Under the pieces are notes generated by a model. It did not search any database. It was not told the DNA's origin and saw only the letters and a list, made by a program, of their open reading frames with translations. From Phoronis australis (taxonomy: Eukaryota; Animalia; Phoronida), in NCBI GenBank assembly GCA_002633005.1, contig NMRA01000048.1:1165582-1229581 (forward strand): 64,000 nucleotides of DNA, in the 5' to 3' direction. Shown piece after piece: positions 1 through 13,757 of this stretch (position 1 is the stretch's first letter; every line of letters begins with the position of its first letter). Made by a program: the position numbers and the translations under genes.

Positions 1-227
1 ACTGTACACTGTTGGTACACTGTACACTGTACACTGTTGGTACACTGTACACTGTACACTGTTGGTACACTGTACACTGTACACTGTTGGTACACTGTAC
101 ACTGTACACTGTTGGTACACTGTACACTGTACACTGTTGGTTCACTGTGCACTGTTGGTACACTGTTGGTACACTGTACACTGTACACTGTTGGTACACT
201 GTACACTGTACACTGTTGGTACACTGT
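1..227. repeat. Minisatellite, ~25-bp unit (ACTGTACACTGTTGGTACACTGTAC) built from TACACTG sub-units; continues off the window start
   Basis: Directly visible tandem array; explains the three repetitive ORFs at 12-262. Confidence 0.95.
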
Positions 228-496
228 ATCGCAAATTTATAATCAGTTGTAATGTCCTGTGAATTATTATATTTTTGTGCTATTTCATGTTGACAAGTTT
301 CACAAGCATAATTTGGTCTACAAACAGCAGTACGTTATGCCACGAATGATATATTTATTTAAACGCGTAACAGTTTCAGTAGTCGCAATGTTCCATAGAC
401 ACATGGTGTGCTCCTGAAATTATCCCCAGTGTTCTGCCTTAATGAGTTTTAAGGTGAAGAAACCTTATTGTGTTTTTACTGGTTATCCGCAAACCA

Positions 497-856
497 ATGT
501 ATTGGACAGGTATCCAGTGTATGTACTATGTATACTGATATGTTACCCACTATATATACAATGTATATTAGGTTACCCACCATGTTCATGCAACATAAAT
601 TGGTTGGTGTTCTACCTATGTATAACGTATATTGACAGGTTACCCACAACGTATATTGACAGGTGAGGTTACTTACCATGTATACAGTGTACATAGCCAG
701 GTTACCTGCCATGTATACAATGTATATTGACAGGTTACTTGCGGTGTATGCAATGTATATTGACAGGTTACTTGCTGTGTATACAATGTATATTGACAGG
801 TTACTTGCGGTGTATACAATGTATATGAACAGGTTACTTGGTATAAACATGTATAT
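497..856. repeat. Degenerate ~33-bp minisatellite (TGTATATTGACAGGTTACTTGCGGTGTATACAA)
   Basis: Recurrent TATTGACAGGTTAC core; copies at 721-850 are best conserved. Confidence 0.85.
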
Positions 857-958
857 TGTTCAGCTACAAGTTCAGTTATTGGTGCATTTGCATTATTAGT
901 ATGCTTGTTGGATTTTTCTCGATATTTTTAATTAAGATATTTGTTTTCCAATTGCCAG

Positions 959-1184
959 AAAGTGTCAACGAGTACCTCCGTTTAGCAGGACAGTGTGATA
1001 AACAGCAGCTTCTGCGGATAAAGACCGCATTTGAAAAGAAGAACCAAAAATCTGCGCAGACAATACAGACTCTCCAGAAAAAACTGGAGAACTATAATAA
1101 GAGGTTAAAGGATGTGGAACAGTTTGGGGTCACAGGTCACAGGCAGCCCAAGGAAGTTCTCAGGGACATGGGACATGGGCTCAA
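959..1184 (+). CDS. TMCC: TMCC/TEX28-family (Dementin-like) protein, internal exon (5' exons lie upstream of the window)
   Basis: ccag| acceptor, |gtgagt donor; translates (E)[72 protein letters not shown], containing the TMCC hallmark [19 protein letters not shown]. Confidence 0.95.
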
Positions 1185-2959
1185 GTGAGTTCACTGTGTT
1201 TGTAGTTGGTCATGATTTATGATCGATGAGCGATAAATGACTTGTTGTTGAGCTTACAATTTTTCCACAAATCTTTCTCCAGGGTGCCCGCACAGAAGTT
1301 TTATTCATGCGTAAAAGGTGCTGCACTTGATTGAGTTCACTGGTTTTGTCAGGTCAAACGGCTAAGACATTTGGTTAGTTCTCAATGACGATCTCGGGTT
1401 TACAGACCAATCAGATATCTTGGCCAGTTCAACTGGCAGAACAAATGGAAGTGAATCACATACAGCCAGTGTCTGTTGGTCTGTTGTTGGACAAACATCA
1501 GCCCTCTCTAGCCACCGACTGCAAGCAAATCGCAGAAAATTTGCAGTCTCTATGTTAAGTCAGCAGATATGACGTCTGATTGGTCAGTCAAGTGATTTAA
1601 ATCACAGCTGGTTATAAGTCTTAAATTCAAAAGTCTAGTGTGAAGGAAATCATACTTTTCATGTCGATTGAATAAAAATTTGTTTATCAAATAAGGTAAT
1701 GCTGGTTTGTAATTGTCTTGCTGAGATGATCCTTGATATTCTGTCTAAAAATCAATAACATGAGATTTGAAAAATAGCTAACGAGTACATTTGATCTGTA
1801 TCTTGTTTTGACTTGATGATCAGTGACCTTTATTAACTGATTACCTGATGCTGTGCATAAGTTTGGGGGAAAAATTCAATTACAGACATCTAAAATGATG
1901 AATCTCCACGTTTAAATGTCATGGCATGGTAACCTTGGTTATAGTCTAGAAATCTTAATTTGTTTTTTGCCCTTTTCAACTTTTTCCTCACAAATTTTAT
2001 TGATTACCTGCGTCATGTTAGAAAATATGATAGGTGGAAAATTTTACAAAGTTAGTCTTTAACCATGCCCAGAATTGAACATTGGCATTTGGCTTTCATC
2101 AATTTTCGACTGCTGGTTTATGGCCCATGGTAATTAATCCAAGTATGTTGATTGTGGACTGCTGTCTAGTTTTAGCTTCTAAAAGTCATATTTCCTGTCG
2201 AATTTTCAAAAACCTAAGTGTACTTTTCACGACAGACTTTATGGCTGGCCATGAGGGTGACTGTGTCATTGTAGGATTCTTTTAGTGACAAAAGCTTGCT
2301 TTGCATAATTATGCTGTGCCTTATCTTCACCAGGGCGAAGCGAGGAAAATAGAAGAAGTATTTCCGAGGCATGGAGACTCATATAAAATGAAAAGAAGGA
2401 CAAAAAACTTTCAAGAAAATTGTCTAAAATTTGTAGAAAAAGTAAAAAGCAAATCTTTTTTGGATCCATTCTCATGGGGTAGACATCTGTGCTCGTGTTT
2501 CTATCGCGTGAATATGAATGTTTCAGCTGCCTCTGGATGGAATGCTAGTCCAACACAGGTTATTTCCCATCCACTGCAGTTGTTCATTAGTATCTGAGTC
2601 AACTGCAGCAAATCGTGGTATGCCTTGCTTAGGGGCTCAACTATATGGCAACCTTTTTTTGGTAGTCCACCTTACTGCCCATTGAGCTACATATATATAG
2701 TCTCTGCTTTATGTTCGTAAGGTAATTAAAAAACCTTCACAAGTTCTGTATCTAGTAATGCTTAGTAACAGTCATTTGAGGAAAACAACTGATGGAAATG
2801 AAAATTGTATTCAGGGAAAACTCATGGAAATTAAAACTTTGCTGAATCAGTCATGTACCCATTGAGAAAATGTCAGTAATTCTCCTTTGAAATGTGTTTT
2901 GTTTTGTATACTATATATTGCGGAAGCAGTTGTGTTACTGGTCTGTTCAATTGTTGCAG

Positions 2960-3004
2960 GGGAGTTGGTGCGAATATTCGTGACGGGATCTCGGGTCTTT
3001 CAGG
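2960..3004 (+). CDS. TMCC: TMCC exon (45 nt): GVGANIRDGISGLSG
   Basis: ttgcag| acceptor, |gtaagg donor; phase 2-2 matches neighbours; resembles the TMCC 'LKDVGA.V..GFS' segment. Confidence 0.88.
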
Positions 3005-4541
3005 GTAAGGTCAAGTGTCTTCACAAGTGGTTGCATGTTTTGTTGAATCAGTTGAATCAACAACGGCGTATGTTGTTTCTTCTGTAGCAAATTAAACATT
3101 TGTGAATATAGAATAACGACCACATGTTTCAATTCTGGAATTATCAATGTTTTCATTCTCACGCTGAGCAAGTGATCAAGTTCTGATATTGGAGTCTTGG
3201 AAATTGCATGTTTTTGGAACAGAATCTTTCATTTGACATTCATTCACGCCCACCAATAGAGTGATCTCGAGCTCTGGGCTGTCTAAAAAAATTTTGAAGG
3301 GATGTTGCTCTATGAAATGAGGGGCAAAAACTATTTTCTTGCCTTTGTGGGTTTCGCCATTGGCCCTGTCTCGCTGATGATTAATTTTATGCCTTGTTCA
3401 GATATTTGTCCATTCTTGGCTGATTGAGTGCTATCTTGTAGCTTAGCATGATCATCAATCAGTAAAAGCATCTTGCTCCCTTCAGTCTCTTGATAGTTGT
3501 CTAACTGCTGGCTGATGTGGCCATTTTTCCATCATAAACTTATTGGGTCGGTGTCAGAAGCTTTATATGACTGTGGCATTAGTGAAGGTGCTTCAATGTA
3601 CAATAGCTATTGGGTAGTTCTTCACTTATTTTACTCAGCAATAACGGAAAATTCCCAGAGCTTTCTAGGGTACGTGCCTAAAACTACCTACTTTGAGACA
3701 GGTCTGAAGACACATTGGCTGGCTACTCTTTCTTGACAGGTATGCAAGAAAGTTTAGCATGTGAGTTTATTTCTGCGGATTAGCAATGCCTTTGTTCAGT
3801 TCTGTTCAAGTTTCTCAGCTCTTTTTGTTGTTCTTTTAATGATGGCAAGTTTGAAAAACTTTGTGAAATAGCCATCATGATTACAAAGTGCGTTTTCTTG
3901 AGTCACTTTTATGTTGAAGTTTTTGATGGTAATGTAAAGAAAATCATAAGTCTAAAGGGCATAACTGGATTTTTATGTTTTTAACCAGATAAATGGGGTG
4001 AAATGCATCTTTCAGTCAAAAATTTGGAGAGGGAGTTTTCAAACTGCCCCTCCTCTATTATCACCCAGAAAACAAATGAACTCGTTACATAATGGGTATT
4101 TTGCATTTATTGGTTTTTGTTTCCATTAGGCATGGGATTTGTGATGAAAAATCGATCACAATATTCTAGTGCTTGCTCATCCATTTAGGGACAGTTTTCA
4201 CACGGATGCTGTTTCAGCTGTACATCTGGCCGATCTAAAGAACAAGAGTGTACCTCCATATTCATTTTGCATTTTCAGTTTGTAAACTAAGAGGCAATGT
4301 GTGACTTTTCATTACAGGGATAGGCTTATTTTTTCTTCTTGAAAATGGTGTCGGCAGTGCAAAAAATGTCCATTTGGAAAGTCTTCCTTGTATTTAAATA
4401 TGTACTGATTTCCAGTACACGTGTAGTGATGACATCATCAGTTGTTCTGATGAGGTCACTGCTTCCATGCATGCAAACTTTCATCATTGTCTGCTTTTGT
4501 CATGATGTATGTGCTGAGATGGCTTCCTTTAACTGTTGCAG

Positions 4542-4574
4542 AGGAGTGGTCGGAAATATCAAGGGAGCGACAGA
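4542..4574 (+). CDS. TMCC: TMCC microexon (33 nt): GVVGNIKGATE
   Basis: ttgcag| and |gtgagt; phase 2-2; resembles the TMCC 'GVV.SVKG' segment. Confidence 0.8.
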
Positions 4575-4677
4575 GTGAGTATTTTATACTCATAAAAGGT
4601 AACAGTTGTTCGATTTTTAAACTACTGGTCGTTGCATCATTGATAATTGTTTTGTGTAGTCTCTTATGTGGACAGAG

Positions 4678-4762
4678 TTGTACAATGATAGCCAAAACAC
4701 CTTCATTGTACAATGATAGCCAAAACACCTTCATTGTACAATGACAGCCAAAACACCTTCAT
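4678..4762. repeat. Three copies of a 28-bp unit (TTGTACAATGATAGCCAAAACACCTTCA)
   Basis: Directly visible. Confidence 0.9.
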
Positions 4763-4939
4763 TTAGAGGTCAAAGCTGCTCATGCACTTTATGAGCTAGA
4801 CTAAGTTACGGTCGTGTTTTTGCCTTAGAAGTTTTTTTTTTGGAATTTTCAAAAATTTATTGTGACTAGATATTTAGATCTACTGAATATGGCTGTCATC
4901 ATTTTGAATGTCCTTTTAACCCTGTGTTATATGTTTCAG

Positions 4940-5022
4940 AATGATAGTTTCAAAGCCAAGGGAATTTGCTCACCTAGTAAAAAATAGATTTGGTAGTGCA
5001 GACAATATTGCTCAGTTGTCCA
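4940..5022 (+). CDS. TMCC: TMCC exon: [27 protein letters not shown]
   Basis: tttcag| and |gtaagt; carries the conserved TMCC motif SKPREFA.L..N.FGSADNI. Confidence 0.95.
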
Positions 5023-5738
5023 GTAAGTATTTGCAATATTGTTTTAGACACACCTAGTTTGTTCTGTTAAGTCTAGAATATCAAGTTCAAATAATGTACT
5101 TTGTCATAGCCATGTAAGCTAGTGAAGGCTTCCTCCTCAAAGTGGTATGACTTTGCACTTGATTTCAAAATTTTTTTATTCAAAAAAGTCATCAACAAAC
5201 TCACTCTTACAGTTAGCAGCAGTGCACTAAAGGCATTCTGTGTCCGTACTTCAAATTGATACGCACACATCATGCACACTACTTTTTTCTATGACTATGT
5301 GTAAATAAAATCACCAAGTCAACTGTCTAGAAAGTTAATCTATGGCACTTTTCCTATCAGTTCATTTACTCGAATTTTATAAAAATTTTTATCTTTGTGT
5401 CTTGATTTCTCTCTCTTAAAGCTCAAACACTTTGATTAATTTTCTTATGTATTTTACCCTGTAAAAATTTTCTAGTTTTGTATAGTGTGTCTATGGAAAT
5501 AAGTTGTTTATTTTTTGTCCAAAGTAAAACAGATTACTAATTAAATTTTTTTGTGTATTCAAGGTCAAAGTGAGGAAGTTTATATTGCTAACGTGATCAG
5601 TTGCTTGTTAGTTTAACACGCACAGTCTTACAAAAGCTCTGTTAACAACTCAAGAAGACAAATTCATGCATTGATTTCCATTCAGTGTCGTGGAGTTTGC
5701 CAAACTTTGTTTATTATTGTCCCTTGTCCCTTTTGCAG

Positions 5739-5814
5739 AAAGCACGGTAGATGACGCACAAGAAGTTCGCAGTGAAAAGGACCATCCTTCAGGGGGCAGC
5801 ACTCTGCCAGCTAA
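5739..5814 (+). CDS. TMCC: TMCC exon: STVDDAQEVRSEKDHPSGGSTLPA
   Basis: ttttgcag| and |gtaaga; phase 1-2 bridges the flanking exons without a stop. Confidence 0.8.
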
Positions 5815-7253
5815 GTAAGAGAGTCTTGTTATTAACTGGCCGAGATCCCATCTACTGGTTGCCGCGACTATTAGCATTGGCATCTGTAGTGAATATATTC
5901 GTTCCTGAATCGAGATAGGTTATCACAAATGAGTCAATCGTCTTACCCAATGACAGACGCTCGAAATTGTAGCTTATTTTGTGAAGTGAGTCAAGTATTT
6001 GGTTTCAAAAGTGGAGCAGTCTTACAGCCAGTGTGTTCTCTGATGGCGTGTAGTAAGTGTTAAGTAGACTCACATAGGTCTACCTTTGTTACGGTCTCTC
6101 TAAGTTTTCATCTAGTGAAGTGGCTGTTGTAGTTTACCACTTTTTCTCCATGATTGTCTTGAGGTTAGGGTCCAAACAGGTTTTGACATTATGTACTTTT
6201 ACGGGGAATGTTTATGATTGTTTGCTTGAGTGTATTGTGGCTAGGCGGATGATTTTCTATTCCAAGCTCACACTTGGTGACCCTGAGGTACAAGCTACAA
6301 ACACAAGTTCAAACTTGAGATTTTGTGCGCCGACTGTGTAATACCTTTCACACTGGGTTCATCAAGTGCAAACCAGAATTAGACATTCAGCCTTGTAAAC
6401 CATAATGTGCTCTAGCACAACGTATGCAGCTTGAGTTTGAACTAACTTAGCTGAACCTATTTGAGTTTGAAGGCTTTTAAATGATCCCGAGTACAGGTAA
6501 CCTGGGAACAAGTACCTTTTGGTTTTGAGGCAATTCTGTAAAATTAGTACTTAAGGCATAATCTGTCAGTGCACCTGCACCCTCTTTTTCGTGTTTTCTC
6601 CTTGTGGCTGGCTCCAGGCATGTATCCAGTCTAATCAAGTGTCCATTTGTTGACGTGTGCTCAATGCTCTGATCCTACTGCCACATACTTCCATTGAATT
6701 TCACCCTTTTCCACTCTCAAGTCCATTTCACTTCGTTTGTTCCTAACTCTGTCATAAAAAGAGTTTACCTTCCAAAGTAATGTGAGGATAGGTCTGATGA
6801 ATTTCCCGTCCTAAATGTATGTGGTATGTCTACCACGCCTACCTGTATGTCTACCATTTGCTTCAATTAGATAAGCGCAAAACGGACACTGGGAGAAAAT
6901 TGTTCATTCACGGAAAATAAGACAAACATGTAAAGCCCCCCACAGTGATAATGTAGTGACTTTGCCAATCTTCAACAAATACATAGTGTTTTAAATTAGG
7001 ACTTCCAACCAGTTGTATTGAAAAATCTCGCTTGCACTCCATACAAAACACAAGTTTTAAAGATATCAGAACAGCAGCTTTTTCATCACAGGATATCATT
7101 TTAATCGCTTTCAGGCACAGTGCTTTTAAACACTTTAATATTAAGTTGAAGAAATTAACTTTTTGTTTAACACCATTCCCTTATGCACATGTCTCTGTAA
7201 ATCCTGATGCTAACATCAAATTATCAGATATTCCTAATCGTTATCCTTTGCAG

Positions 7254-7292
7254 ACTACGAGATGTTCTTGATGGACATGACAACAGCCACTC
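7254..7292 (+). CDS. TMCC: Candidate TMCC cassette microexon (39 nt): LRDVLDGHDNSHS
   Basis: ctaat..cctttgcag| acceptor and |gtaaga donor; phase 2-2, frame-preserving and stop-free; no homology support recognised. Confidence 0.45.
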
Positions 7293-7818
7293 GTAAGATT
7301 TCCACTGAGCGTGTCCATAATCAGTCAGCGTGTCCATAATCATTCCTCTTCACGCTGTTTGCTTTCTCTTGCTAATTCCTTGCTTGTCTTTCAGTTAACC
7401 TATCAGGTCTCTTTCCGTTAACCTATCGGATCTTGATTTGGCTAGACACTATGGAATGCTAAACAATTATAGTGAAAGTAGAATTTCTCTTATTTCTATC
7501 ATAGAAATAACACTTTTGCTTGCGTGTTTTTTTATTTGTTGTAATGTTTGGATGTTACTTTGGTTATTACTGTGAAACTCTTAGTAACACTGAAAAAACT
7601 TGCATTTAGTTTTTGCGAATGTGTTCTCTTGAAGTCATGATGCGGCATTTTACTGTGGGTGCCACTTGTGAGCGAATATTTATCTCTTAACCAGTCATAA
7701 AAGCCTTCCTGTCAATTTCTTTTGTAGAAACATTACTCAAAGTATCACTTAACCACATATAATTTTGGTGGATGAGTTATTGTAGACCTCAGATTGCACC
7801 AGATGTGTTTAACATCAA

Positions 7819-8192
7819 AATATGGGTATTCACTAGTGATGCATGTCAACAGTACTAAGTTCATTACCAAAATAACAATGGTTAATCAAAAGTTTCCAAC
7901 TTATTCTATAATATGGGTATTCACTAGTGGTGCATGTCAACAATACTAAGTTCATTACCAAAATAATTATGGTTAATCAAAAGTGTCCAACTTATTCTAT
8001 AATATGGGTATTCACTAGTGATGCTTGTCAACAATACTAAGTTCATTATCAAAATAATAATGGTTAATCAAAAGGGCCCAACTTATTCTGTAATATGGGT
8101 ATTCACTAGTGATACATGTCAACAATACTAAGTTCATTACCAAAATAACAATGGTTAATCAAAATTGTCCGACTTATTCTGTAATAGGGTAT
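7819..8192. repeat. About four copies of a ~91-bp tandem unit (AATATGGGTATTCACTAGTG...CAACTTATTCT)
   Basis: Directly visible, with a few substitutions between copies. Confidence 0.92.
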
Positions 8193-9013
8193 TTATTGAT
8201 AGCTGGATATAAAGGGGCCAATCTCCGGGCATATCAAAAAGGTGCCATCTTGCCTTTTTGTGGCTGTACCTGATTGTTTTTCCTTTTAATATGTTGTCAA
8301 AATGAGCTGTCAACGGATACTTAACATTTGACAGTTAGAGTAAGTTGCATATCGTGCAAGCACTCCATGGTCTCCAGTCTTTTCTCATTTGCATTTTGAC
8401 GAGGCATTTTTTGTTCATTGTTATCAAAAAATATATGTGCCTCATAGTAACAATCTGGTTTTGTCAAGTCTGCTTTTGAATTTGTGTTTATTTTTCCCCA
8501 AATGCATTGAGTTAATTTTTTGCAATTTTTTTGCAAGTTGTCAAGTGATGCATTTAAATATATGCTTTTTCCAGGTGATTAATCTAATTTTATAAAATTT
8601 GATACTGTTTAAGCATTTATGAGATACCATGTCATGAGCTCAGTGTTGCCTTAGTGAGCTACCACTATCTTGTGAGCAGTGTATTTGCCTTTGATATTTT
8701 TGGTGAAGTTTTCCAAAAGCCTTCCATTGTGATGTTGTGAAATTTTGTCAGCTGTACTAGATGAATTTCATTATTTGATGGAAATAATTCTTGGCAGGTT
8801 ACTTTGTAATCTTGATGGCTGGATAAAACTAATTGATTGACGATAGTTATGAAGATATTACATGTTAAGGTCTTATTTTATTTTAAATTATGAAAAATAC
8901 GTTTATAATATTGTTAATCCAGTCTCATTTTTAACTTCGGAAGAAGTGCTTTTGCTTAGAATTTGAGCTTTATGGAAGCTTTCCAATCCTGATTTTTTTT
9001 TCAAATTTGGCAT

Positions 9014-9125
9014 GTGTCTCATACCGGCCAAACAATACACCTTCTAATCAGGTGTCTCATACCGGCCAAACAATACACCTTCTAATCAGGTGTCTCACAC
9101 CGGCCAAACAATACACCTTCTTATC
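9014..9125. repeat. Three copies of a 38-bp unit (GTGTCTCATACCGGCCAAACAATACACCTTCTAATCAG) just upstream of a TMCC acceptor
   Basis: Directly visible. Confidence 0.9.
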
Positions 9126-9154
9126 TGGGTACCTCTCGTGTTTTCCCATTTCAG

Positions 9155-9377
9155 TTTCAAGGTTTACTGTTCCGAGGACGATGCGCTAAGTGACATATCT
9201 GGCTCAGGCGTACACGCGAGTCCCAAGAATGTTGCCTCAATATCAGAGTCAAGGAACCACCTGAGTTCCCCCATGGACAGCCCTGAGGCTATGGAGAAGT
9301 TGAGAGAATTTGAAGGCGTCCTACTCACTCTGTCCCAGAACCAAGCACAACTTAAAGAGTCTTTAGACACACTGAAG
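9155..9377 (+). CDS. TMCC: TMCC exon: FKVYCSEDDALSDISGSG...MEKLREFEGVLLTLSQNQAQLKESLDTLK
   Basis: tttcag| and |gtaaat; Y.SEDD.S motif followed by the start of coiled coil 2. Confidence 0.9.
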
Positions 9378-9939
9378 GTAAATAGAGTTTTCATGCTGTA
9401 GTCATGGAGGCATTTGAAAATGTCACTAGTTTAGTGTAATGTAAATACTGGGAAGCAACAAAAGTCAAGAAAAGTGTGCAAAAATCCTCTAATTTTACAT
9501 GTCGAAACTCCAAATACTTTAAGTTTTGCGAATCAGTCTTTTTCATCTGCTAAAGGTTGTAAATAAAACTAATTCAGGAGTTTACATTTATGAAAACTGC
9601 GACATCGTGGCCTATTTGCAAGGCCATCTAGTGGCTGAATGGCAAGATTGGCCTGTTTAAATATATGCGAGTTTCAGGATTAATTTTTATCTTCATTCTC
9701 ACCATATAAACAAGCACGTGGATGACTTGTAAGAAAATTGTTAATCATGACAACGGGACTTGCCATTGATAAAATGAATTTTAAGTTGCAGAGCCACCTA
9801 GCTCCTACTGGGGATTGATGACTGTGAGTCCAATAGTCATGATTTGTACTTTTTTCGCATCCACTTATTCACCTGGACGAATAATAACATCCATCGTGTA
9901 TGTGAGACATTTCCATTGTTGACTTTCTTTCTCTTTTAG

Positions 9940-10080
9940 TCAAATGTTCGCCAAATACAGGACGATCTTGCCACCAACAGAACTATGATTGAAGACATGA
10001 AGCTACATATTACACAGATTGAAGATCAACAGAATGACTGGACTGAGCTACATTCTAATGAACTTGCCAATGTTAAACAG
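9940..10080 (+). CDS. TMCC: TMCC exon: SNVRQIQDDLATNRTMIEDMKLHITQIEDQQNDWTELHSNELANVKQ
   Basis: ttttag| and |gtaagt; phase 0-0; matches the TMCC 'EQLND.TELHQNEI.NLKQ' motif. Confidence 0.95.
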
Positions 10081-10466
10081 GTAAGTCGCATTATGTAGAG
10101 AAAACATTAAAGGTGAAATCAACAAAATTGGATCGAGTATTCTTTTACTTAAAAGTGACTACAGTCTTTTAAAAATTATCCCTCTTTGCGACTCAAAGGA
10201 AGTGCTTGAATATTGTTTTGCCCTCTGGAATGAAGTGGTCTATAATTTTGGTAAGCCAGTTGTTCTTTACTGGTGTGTGGTCAGTTCACCAATCCAGCAT
10301 GAGATCTGATCTATGTTAAAATGTTTCATCTATCAAGTAAAACAAGGCACCGAACAGGAAAGACGAGTTAGTAACTGACTGTACTAAGGCGCCATCTATA
10401 GCACTGTAAGGTAACTCCAAAGAAACCCCTGACACGATTCTGTTTCAATCTCACTTTTTCTTACAG

Positions 10467-10556
10467 GAAATAGCCAGCATGGAGGAGAAAATTGAATATC
10501 AACTCGAAGAAAGGACGAGTGATATGCACGACTTATTAGAAAATTGCCAGACAAGG
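10467..10556 (+). CDS. TMCC: TMCC exon: EIASMEEKIEYQLEERTSDMHDLLENCQTR
   Basis: ttacag| and |gttcgt; matches the TMCC 'ELASMEEK..YQ..ER..DI.E.LE.CQTR' motif. Confidence 0.95.
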
Positions 10557-10957
10557 GTTCGTTTTTGTCCTGATTAATGAAAAATTATTGATCATTAAAA
10601 TGCAAATTTATGTAACATGATAGCTTTGATTAGACTTGTTACAATTTTTATTTTTACTTATTTGTGAAATTAGTCATCAGAATGCGAGACTAGACAACTT
10701 TTCACCTATGTATGAAACAGATGTGTTAAATAAAAGTTACAACACAGAAAAGGTAACCAAAGCCATTGGGTAAGCTGAATTGGCTTCGGCTGGTCAGTGG
10801 ATTAAGACATCACTTTGGTTCTTAATGATGAATTCCAATTCACAAACTGAACTGGAGAATTTTTACCATAGCCATGCTTCACGTTAATGATAAACTGTTA
10901 CTCAGGAAGCGGACCATTCATTGACTGTCCGTGTTATAGTTATTTTCGTTGTTGTAG

Positions 10958-11136
10958 ATCACCAAGATGGAACTACAGCAACAGCAACAGCAGGTGATAT
11001 CTATGGAGGGGGTGGAGAATGCAACGGCGCGTGTACTCATCACAAAACTCATTAACGTGGTGCTAGCAGTGCTGGCGGTGCTACTCGTCTTTGTCTCCAC
11101 CATCGCCCGCTGTCTGGGACCATTCATGACGTCAAA
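10958..11136 (+). CDS. TMCC: TMCC exon with first transmembrane helix: [60 protein letters not shown]
   Basis: ttgtag| and |gtaagt; very close to the TMCC '[33 protein letters not shown]' motif. Confidence 0.97.
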
Positions 11137-11619
11137 GTAAGTATCACGCCGTGATGTGGCGAGAGACCCCGGTGTGCTGGAGTAGACTTGAATGAGAGGC
11201 TGTGGTTTGACCATTTAACTTTCTAGGATGTGATTGGTGGATATTATAAGTCATCAAGTGGCGAAATAGATACAGAAAATTATAAATCTTTGCTGGACTT
11301 ACTGGAGAAACATTTTATAAAAATCTCAAGGCGGGTAAGAATTATAATTTTTTGTAGATCTTTTTATGGTCCATGTAACATTTTCAATGTTCGTTGACAA
11401 ACCAACTTTTTAACTTTGTTCAACAAAGTGATCTTATTTCTTTTCTTTGATAAACACAATTCAAATCCTGTGTTAAAAATTCTTGTCATCAGAGTCGTGA
11501 TCTTCATCAATGCCACATTGAACTGCAGCTCCCTTCAAAGCATTATGTCCTGAAGACGTGACTGTCACATGATCATTTACATTCATTTTTTTATCTTGCC
11601 ACCAATCTTTTTTTTTCAG

Positions 11620-11755
11620 AACTCGCTTCCTCAGCCTGTTCGTCCTCATCATATCTGGCATGATTGCATTCCATCATTGGCCCACCATTGGCCACAGTCT
11701 GTCGTTCTTAACAGAAAAGCTGAGGAGTATAAGTTGGAAGAGTCCAAATGACTGA
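11620..11755 (+). CDS. TMCC: TMCC last coding exon with second transmembrane helix, stop TGA at 11753-11755
   Basis: T-rich tract + cag|; TRFLSLFVLIISGMIAFHHWPTIGHSLSFLTEKLRSISWKSPND*. Confidence 0.9.
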
Positions 11756-13757
11756 CATAAGGGCGAGAAGACGTCTAAATTTTGTGCGTCTGTGATTGTT
11801 AATGTCAGCCGTGCTACTTTCAAAATCAATCTGCTAACGAGATTACAAGGACACGGTGCTCTTATTGTGATTACATGGCATATTGGTTGAGTGTTATGCC
11901 TTGGAAGATTTTAATGTGTTAGTGAAAGGGATTTGCAAAGGGGACTACAGAGACAAGTGTTATATCGTGTGAGGAGTTTTGAAAACGAGTCTCTTGGAAG
12001 TGCCACTGGGATTGCAATACTGACTGACTTGGTATGGTGGCATACAGGTCTTCCTGTTGGTTGGATCTCCAAAAAAACGCATAATTTTGAGATGTGGCGT
12101 AGCAGCTGTTTGAAGAGAACCAATGCAATGCAAGAGGGTGAAGTTGGATACTGGCAAATTTTATGTGACAGCTTTTGTGAATTTTTAATACAACTTTGTT
12201 TTGAATTACATCGTGAAATAACATGTTGGTTAACTTTGTTCAATTTATGTTGCATAACTATTTGGAAGACTTTCTACTTGTTAGATCATTTCTCTGGTGT
12301 CCACATATTGTGGTTCCTTAGATCATTTGTTGTTCTATGTTACAGTAAAATCTCAGTCAATTTCAGAGAAAGTAATTGCCAAGATTGCCTCTTTTTCAGT
12401 TTTCAAAGGCTTCTTACGTTGTTGAGAATGTCTACAATTTTTCAAAATAGGTACGGTGCAGAGCTTGAACACGGAAAATTGTTAATTTAATGCTACCGTG
12501 ACATATCTTATCTAAAAATGAGAAAATAAGATTTCACTTGTCCACCATATTGCCACCAAAAGTGGCAAGATTTTACTTTACTGCAGTGCAACGTGAAAGT
12601 CGTGAATACAGAAACATTGACTGAAAAGATCTTATTAGAACAACGAAAGTTACCTGTGTCAAGTATTGGCGTAAAATAAACGTAGTCACATAACATGTTG
12701 GTTGGCACTCGTAGAATTGTAACTCTTGTACAATGGTATGTCAAAGCTTGTGGGCTAAAACGAGCAATGTTCATTTTAACTATGTGAAGTCTTGAGAGTT
12801 GACTTCTGAGCTGCATTTCGACCCGTTTAGTATTGCTCTCATAGTATTCCGTACCATGATAGGACTCTTATTTCCATTCCCACCAAAATCATAGAAACCA
12901 TCAGCAACTGAAGAAAAAGCTTTAGGATTTACAGGGGTTGGTCAACCTTAAGAAGACGTGAAAGTGGGCCATATGTACACATTGCCTGCGACTTGAATTG
13001 CTGCTTTATTCAGCAATAATTCAATTTCAGATGAGCATGGTCATGTTTTTAAGCCACGTAGTTAAGAATTCAACAATCAGCTTAATAGGGGAGAAATGCA
13101 GTTTTAATTGTTTCATCTCGTTTGCGGCATGTTTTCAAAGTCCCCATTGTATAGTTTCCCATTGAAACATTAATTTTCAATAGCACTATCCCAAAGTAAA
13201 CAAAATCAGCAGTGTCACATTTTCACACGCATGAAGGGTGCAACCACACATTCTTGAATATCCAACTTTCTAAATCGTCATATATGCATTGCAACTTGCC
13301 ACACAACAAAACAAAACAAAAAAAGTCCTGTATTTGAAACAGAATTTGTCAAATTTTTAGCACGAGTCCTGTCGTTACAGTAACAAGACTATGAAGATGG
13401 CAGGTAGAAGGACTGCATCTCGATTAAACCGTGGTTTTTATGACCACTCTTGATTTTGGGATGAGTCTATTAAGGGTTGTGTGAAAATGATAAGTGCAGC
13501 ATTAATGTGTGCAGAACAGTGCTCCATCACAGATTATATTCTTTGCACCAAGTGCCTGCAATGTCAGTTAGAAATGTTTCAGTCTGTCAAAGTTTAGTAT
13601 GTTATTGTTTTACTAAATAAGTTCATTAAAAGTCTAGACTGTTGTACAGTTTTCTTAGTCACTTTTATGTGATACGCAGTTGAAAGTTCACCGTGAAAAC
13701 TTCAAAAACTGATCAATGTTATAACTACAGTGTTGTTTTGACAAGAAAGATTAGCAA

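Noticed and set aside
12-899. ORFs with VHCTLY / YIDRLL repeats
   Set aside because: Translations of intronic minisatellites.
11933-12490. 185-aa ORF
   Set aside because: Lies in the TMCC 3' UTR, has a non-ATG start and no recognisable motif.
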